Shown here: piece by piece, positions 59,701 to 64,000 of the stretch
Position numbering within the stretch: the first letter of the stretch is position 1
How the letters are laid out: the number at the start of each line of letters is the position of its first letter
Source of the DNA: Candidatus Micrarchaeota archaeon CG10_big_fil_rev_8_21_14_0_10_45_29
GTDB taxonomy: Archaea; Micrarchaeota; Micrarchaeia; Anstonellales; Anstonellaceae
Length of the DNA stretch: 64,000 nt
Assembly (NCBI GenBank): GCA_002778455.1
Contig: PFCD01000005.1
Coordinates: 4,424-68,423, forward strand
Reading direction: 5' to 3'
Position numbers and translations under genes: made by a program
Notes under the pieces: generated by a model
What the model was told of the DNA's origin: nothing
The model's database searches: none
The model's input: only the letters and a program-made list of their open reading frames with translations

Positions 59701-62275
59701 TCAGGAGGCAGGGCTCTCAAGAAAAGACATCATGAAAAACATAGAAACTTTGCAAAAATCCTTAGGAGAGAGAATGCGCCTTGTCACCCGCGCATCGCTT
59801 GAGGATGACCCCTCGCACAACTCGCTTTTGCGCTCATGGTATAAGGCAACAAACTTTGTAGAAAGGGTAACGCGCGGAGGCATAAACGACCTTGACATGC
59901 GGTTGCAGGAATGGTATGCGTCCCAAACATATGCGCGCATGGTTCTCTCAACATATGAGAGCGACATGAAAAAAGGCATATTCTACTCTGATGAGACGCA
60001 AAAATCCCTCACCTCAAAAGAAGAGCTAAATGAAATGCGCAAACAGCAGATAGAGCTTATGAAAAACCCGCACCTGGGCGCGGATGAGCGCGCACGCCTC
60101 TCCCGCCTCACCAATGTGGAAATTCCGGCGCAAATTACCGCTGTGCGCACAAATGAGCAGATGGCAAGAAAAATGCAGCGCGAACTTGGATGGGTTGACA
60201 GGCATCTTAAAAGCCTTGAGGTTTATGGCATGTTTTACAATGTGGCGGAAAACACCGTCATGAGAGACCCGCGCATCACATTCGGAAATTCATGGGGGCT
60301 GGGCCCTGCGCTGCAATCCGGTTACCACTCAGGGCAATTCGTAGGCGAGCACCCCCAGATGTGGGCAGGCTACCATCTTCTTCCAGGGGACAGATTAATG
60401 AATTTCTTTGCGCGCCCCTCTTACTGGGCAGCATCCGCCTTTGCTCTTCACACCCGCACATTTTTCACAAAGATGACCGGCTATGCAACGGTTTATCACC
60501 AAGACCCTGAATACGGCTTTGACAAGCAGGGCGCCCCAAGCTCGCACGAGCCATCCGTAGTGGAAGCAATACAATCCCTTTTCAAGCCAACCACAAGCTT
60601 TGACTGGCTATCGCGCACCTTTTTGCGCCCAATGGTGCGCCGCCCCTCCGACTACACCGATGAATTCGGCGTGCGCCTGCGCGAGGACAGTGTTGTGGGA
60701 ATGCGCTATAGAATGCCCCTCTCATTCAAATTCTCTGACATTCAGGGAAAGAACGCCGATTCCTTTGGAATAGATGATGCGCGCTTTAAGCAAATTGGCA
60801 CAGGCGCCGCAGATGAGATGAGGCGAAGAAAATTCGGGCTCACATTCCGCGAGGAATTCATGATGTGGAATAAGCGCTATGACGCGCAAATGCAGACAAG
60901 CTCGCACGAGATGATGGATTCGCTAAAATCCCACCTCGCATCCGCCACAAGTGCGCAGGAGAGGCAGATGATACGCGCGCAAATGCAGGAAGTGCGCGAC
61001 ATTTACCACACAGCAGAGAGGGCGGCGTGGAAAATTCCTATTGTGCGCGACTTTGCGCGCCAAGGGTATTATGCTGTGGAAAACCGCTCAGGCTATGACA
61101 TAAACACAATCGGAGGAGTGCACCGTGGCTATGAATTATCAGGCCCATGGCACAAAACAATTGCAAAAGCGCCGATTCCGGGAATGATTTGGACTGATTG
61201 GGAAGGGCGCGCACAGCCATACGGCTATGTAACAAACACAATTTTCAACAATTTGCAGGATTCCGGAAAAATAAAAGACAGCGGGCTTGCGCAAATGCTT
61301 CGCAACATCTCTCCTGAGAGGCGCGAGCTTGCATCAGCCTCATTTAGCGAGGAGGATGCAAACGATTATATGCTAAAAAGCGGGCTGGGGCGCCACCTTG
61401 CCTCAGACTCCTTGCGAGACCTATACAAAAACGAAACCCCTGTCATCCTTGAGTTTGAAAAAGTTGAGCGGCAAAAGCAGCAATTCCAGTATTCAAACTC
61501 ACCTTATATTTTCCCAATAGCCCCGGCGTATGTGCTTGCATACCAGATGTTTAAAAAATCCGCATATGGAAGAAGCCAGCCATGGTCATCAACTCAGGCG
61601 CGCCCCACAGACAGCGCAATAACTCCCCAGCAGGATGCAGAGCATGCGCAAATGATGCATGCAAGGCAAATGGCTATCGCCTCTGCTTCACAAACCTACT
61701 CCTGCCCGGCGCACGGCATAACTTTGCAAACAGGGCAGCAATGCCCGCTTTGCGCAAGCAGCGAGGAAAGAAAGCTTCATGCCCAGGATTCGCGCCTAAA
61801 GCAGTCCGCAAGAAAATCCTACGAGCTTGCAAAAAACTGGGCTCTCTCTGCCGCCTCTTTGGGTGGCACTATTCCCATCGGAAATTATAACCAATATTTC
61901 AACTCAGCCCGCTGCCCCCATCACGGCATTCCCTTTGAGAGGGGCACAGTATGCCCCATGTGCCTTGAAAACCAGGTAAAAACAGTTGAGGGCTTCAGCC
62001 ACGAGGCTGCGCGCGAATACCAGCGCAAGCTAAAAGATTATATGCGCGAGATAAACCGCACTGCCCGCGACCGCCACCTTGATGAAGAGCAAAGAAACAA
62101 GGAAATATTGCGCCTTATGCGCGAGCGCGATGAATATGACAAATTCCAGCAAGGGCAAATAAGCCGCGACAAGCGCCTTGGCTACAGCGAATCCTATGTC
62201 TTTTTGCAAAACCAGATAAAAACGATTGCAGAGAACGACAAAAAATACCGCTACACTCTAAAATTTGAAAAATAA
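56795..62275 (+). CDS. Giant (1826 aa) single-pass membrane protein of unknown function with two C-terminal CPxHG...CPxC motifs
   Basis: Signal peptide, about 180-aa beta-rich ectodomain, TM IFLCIPIIVVFGLLLASM, basic helical remainder, CPAHG...CPLC and CPHHG...CPMC. Confidence 0.85.
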   Translation: MKAQILALACLLILLSPLYAQAAQDTTSAASQALSTNFLDDQYSSNIQFDLSNFAIGGDMAINATYKEISLYNTGGIIDNKQSITTIKIAKKALVSFYIDNETIPITDSTGKPICQNLLTDKNGRASCNIAYAKNPSGAGALAIQSWPHPRPILIAKLHSSLENQKIKPSMASIPLWTKDSYNPVIFRAFSSAINGQSIFLCIPIIVVFGLLLASMQYHGHNPLSLFDITVPRMPNIKKVRMKSPAVPVHLAMKGRLSARLMGRTEKGISSQITSLYKKNKKDSRNIKKEIDALFPRRKIVRKAGAFGKEEAYQAALARLKKLIDESGASEKDRNRAYANARRLMEVREVLALDDKVTGAARGGQYKHPGKINPVIDYAATRLAKPWKLIPSIAKQEWADNLPGLPYVERAGIVAQGWLAGRAGNLRMRRSLYKSLAAESALALGLASRESKFIKANIFEEKKLGEIPRIVEKMRQESYQLARALMDEHLRTLTLGIVLRQKNKDGAPELLMDKKSLEYVKKLEQQIRAEIERKVASGQILKEFAEYYFKEKMMIQLADYIKKNNISLQDVTGQALSKQELQDFLVSAKLYATKVRELLVEDGLSAGGGRYPDLTSEQAKRMDPNQVYRRYTELIGILDNISKDTLGKGRLPLVMLGHDLAEIFGKAVDMRRLRGEISADDATKMQLIRVYMETELVKKQLYDYIISNRSLASMDKPQLEPLLGSGLLNSKWLKALEDATKMQKVLEPLNYTLRGEAASRNFLTSFYAHDTPYAVELEKNKIRVLRELFTYQFDRGFEDLFKNYDLQVSKNLMTYHSMKSLISHYMDGAQWNAENYNAWLKKGATYGDIRKGVWIIDANHNILPFASGFKFDGQGRAAEAYAKFKNGHLTYDHTTFGLMGSDYAQRPINATLMFKNPQGNWKAGTSADAQTDKILTQLKQYHFALSSSTYGGKLLFSGYSSDGKTPAGIQEAGLSRKDIMKNIETLQKSLGERMRLVTRASLEDDPSHNSLLRSWYKATNFVERVTRGGINDLDMRLQEWYASQTYARMVLSTYESDMKKGIFYSDETQKSLTSKEELNEMRKQQIELMKNPHLGADERARLSRLTNVEIPAQITAVRTNEQMARKMQRELGWVDRHLKSLEVYGMFYNVAENTVMRDPRITFGNSWGLGPALQSGYHSGQFVGEHPQMWAGYHLLPGDRLMNFFARPSYWAASAFALHTRTFFTKMTGYATVYHQDPEYGFDKQGAPSSHEPSVVEAIQSLFKPTTSFDWLSRTFLRPMVRRPSDYTDEFGVRLREDSVVGMRYRMPLSFKFSDIQGKNADSFGIDDARFKQIGTGAADEMRRRKFGLTFREEFMMWNKRYDAQMQTSSHEMMDSLKSHLASATSAQERQMIRAQMQEVRDIYHTAERAAWKIPIVRDFARQGYYAVENRSGYDINTIGGVHRGYELSGPWHKTIAKAPIPGMIWTDWEGRAQPYGYVTNTIFNNLQDSGKIKDSGLAQMLRNISPERRELASASFSEEDANDYMLKSGLGRHLASDSLRDLYKNETPVILEFEKVERQKQQFQYSNSPYIFPIAPAYVLAYQMFKKSAYGRSQPWSSTQARPTDSAITPQQDAEHAQMMHARQMAIASASQTYSCPAHGITLQTGQQCPLCASSEERKLHAQDSRLKQSARKSYELAKNWALSAASLGGTIPIGNYNQYFNSARCPHHGIPFERGTVCPMCLENQVKTVEGFSHEAAREYQRKLKDYMREINRTARDRHLDEEQRNKEILRLMRERDEYDKFQQGQISRDKRLGYSESYVFLQNQIKTIAENDKKYRYTLKFEK

Positions 62276-62307
62276 GCTTAATAAAAGCCAACCGCCAAAC
62301 TTTTTAC

Positions 62308-64000
62308 ATGAAAAACGCGCTATTTATAGCTTTGGCATTGTTTTGCATTATCCTTCTTTTCGGATGCATACATCCGGGCACACTGGGCGCCCAAGACCGC
62401 TTTAATTCCAAAACAACAATTAATGTCTCGCAAAAAACAAATCTTGAGCCTGCATCAGATTCCGCCACACCCTGCACCTGCATGATATGCTCTCAGGAAG
62501 AGCCATCTATTTTTGATGAGATTTGGTATGCATTAGGAATACAGGATAAATTAATAGAAAATGATTTGCAGGGCGCCAACTGCTATTTTGAAGCATGCAA
62601 CTCCTCAATTTACGCCTCTCTTCTCTCAGAATTTGATGCGGGAAAAGGGGTATGGGCGCAGTGCCCGCAAGACGCCTCCTCTTCCTCTTCAGGCAATTCG
62701 CAAAACAAATATGATGATAAGGTATGCGCCCCCCGCTACTTTATGCTGGGGCAGGGCGCCTCTTCCGCAGAATTTTCCCTTGCACAAAGATATTGCTCAG
62801 GACGGCTTAACATGCCGATAATTTGGGCATATTCCAAGGACGGCAAGGAGCCGCCCAAGCCCCCCTCTCCCCAAACCTTAATGTGCCATCTCTCAAAAAG
62901 CCAGATGCCTTTTGTAATATGGTATAGCAACGCCGAGCATATTGATGATGAGGCATACAAAAAAATGGTTGACTCTTACAATGATGCAACAGATGACCCG
63001 CCAACAGAAGGGCCGATAATGCTAAGCACAGAGGCTTTGCTTGAGCCTTACAAAACAAACGCAAAAGGCGAGAAATTCCTTAACATTCAAATGCTTGAGA
63101 AAGTGCGCGCGCAAATAGATTACACTGCCCTCAACTGCCCCTCCTGCATTCCCGTGCTTGCCCTCAAGCCAACCTTTACAACCGACGGCTTGCCTGATTT
63201 GTGCCCAATAGACTATTTCCTGCGCTTTAACACCTCTCTTGCGGATTTGGGGGGAGACCCGCTCAACTGCTCATCAAAATACGAGAACCCGTCCCAATAT
63301 TCCTCACGCCCCGCAACCCGCGAGAATTACCTAAAAAAAATAGGGGCAATCGGAATAGCTTTTATTGCAAATGAAAACGCAAACCTCACCACCTGCACCC
63401 CTATGTATGATATCGCGCGCCATCTGCGCTATTCTGATGAGCTTTTATTGCATTACCACTCTCCTTCTGTTTGGTATGCAGTCGGAATTTCCCCAGGCGC
63501 CACAAACACCCCCAACTGCGCATTTAGCGAGGCGGAAGTGGCGGATGCGTATAGCTTTTTGATGGCAGGAATACCCGGCTTTGTCGCAAGCGGGGTAATA
63601 GGCGTCTCGCCCTACACATTTCTTTCCTCAACCGCGCCTCTTCCATGCAAAAGCCAGCTCTCTTACGGCTCTTTAGACTATGCCGCTTTCTCCTCAATAG
63701 GGGCAAATAAAAAATTCACCACTTTGCAAGGGGCTCAAATAAACTCAACAAAAGTATTTTTCAAAAACGACACACACCTCTCTTTTCAGGATGAATTTTC
63801 AAACTACTATATCGCATATTATGATGAGCCAACATTCTCCTTTATGCTCAACCTCACAGGATGCAACTTCGGCTTTAGGCAAACTGACGGCTCTATGCAA
63901 AACCTCACCTCTTTCTCCTGGTTTTCTGCCTGCCAGCTATACTTTACAAACAACGCGCCCCTATTTGAGGCAGACATATCCTCAATTTCGCAAATTCGCG
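62308..64000 (+). CDS. Large Cys-rich lipoprotein of unknown function, 3' truncated by window edge (more than 564 aa)
   Basis: Manually translated from MKNALFIALALFCIILLFGC (lipobox-like FGC). The frame has no stop to the window end, so the ORF track missed it. Confidence 0.85.
   Translation, partial: MKNALFIALALFCIILLFGCIHPGTLGAQDRFNSKTTINVSQKTNLEPASDSATPCTCMICSQEEPSIFDEIWYALGIQDKLIENDLQGANCYFEACNSSIYASLLSEFDAGKGVWAQCPQDASSSSSGNSQNKYDDKVCAPRYFMLGQGASSAEFSLAQRYCSGRLNMPIIWAYSKDGKEPPKPPSPQTLMCHLSKSQMPFVIWYSNAEHIDDEAYKKMVDSYNDATDDPPTEGPIMLSTEALLEPYKTNAKGEKFLNIQMLEKVRAQIDYTALNCPSCIPVLALKPTFTTDGLPDLCPIDYFLRFNTSLADLGGDPLNCSSKYENPSQYSSRPATRENYLKKIGAIGIAFIANENANLTTCTPMYDIARHLRYSDELLLHYHSPSVWYAVGISPGATNTPNCAFSEAEVADAYSFLMAGIPGFVASGVIGVSPYTFLSSTAPLPCKSQLSYGSLDYAAFSSIGANKKFTTLQGAQINSTKVFFKNDTHLSFQDEFSNYYIAYYDEPTFSFMLNLTGCNFGFRQTDGSMQNLTSFSWFSACQLYFTNNAPLFEADISSISQIR

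Overview
Gene-dense archaeal chromosomal segment. The archaeal-type TyrS and GluRS, the Sm protein, a class III signal peptide protein, the TATA/GGTGA signals and the gene content suggest a DPANN archaeon, most plausibly Micrarchaeota; this is inference, as no search was run. Bases 1-48 kb are mostly housekeeping: smc, pyrH, mre11, purD, tyrS, class II nrdJ, thyX, topA, purH, gltX, fni, a DUF1998 helicase, ccdA with a DipZ-like thioredoxin, a GT3 glycogen synthase and tRNA-Ala(GGC). The standout is 48.2-64 kb. Six tandem, divergent paralogous polytopic membrane proteins with a CedA/VirB6-like core motif are followed by a membrane-anchored PLD/Nuc-family enzyme. They are transcribed divergently from a 1826-aa single-pass protein with C-terminal Cys/His metal-binding motifs and a large Cys-rich lipoprotein that the ORF track missed. 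Together these are a candidate uncharacterised cell-contact or DNA-transfer apparatus. Smaller oddities include a free-standing copy of the GluRS N-terminal domain beside gltX, two unannotated tiny very basic ORFs, a 63-bp tandem repeat that triplicates the fni ribosome-binding site, a ComEC-like MBL lipoprotein lacking its metal ligands, and a free-standing FolP N-terminal-like domain beside an ECF S-component-like gene. No CRISPR array, rRNA, transposase or integrase was recognised.
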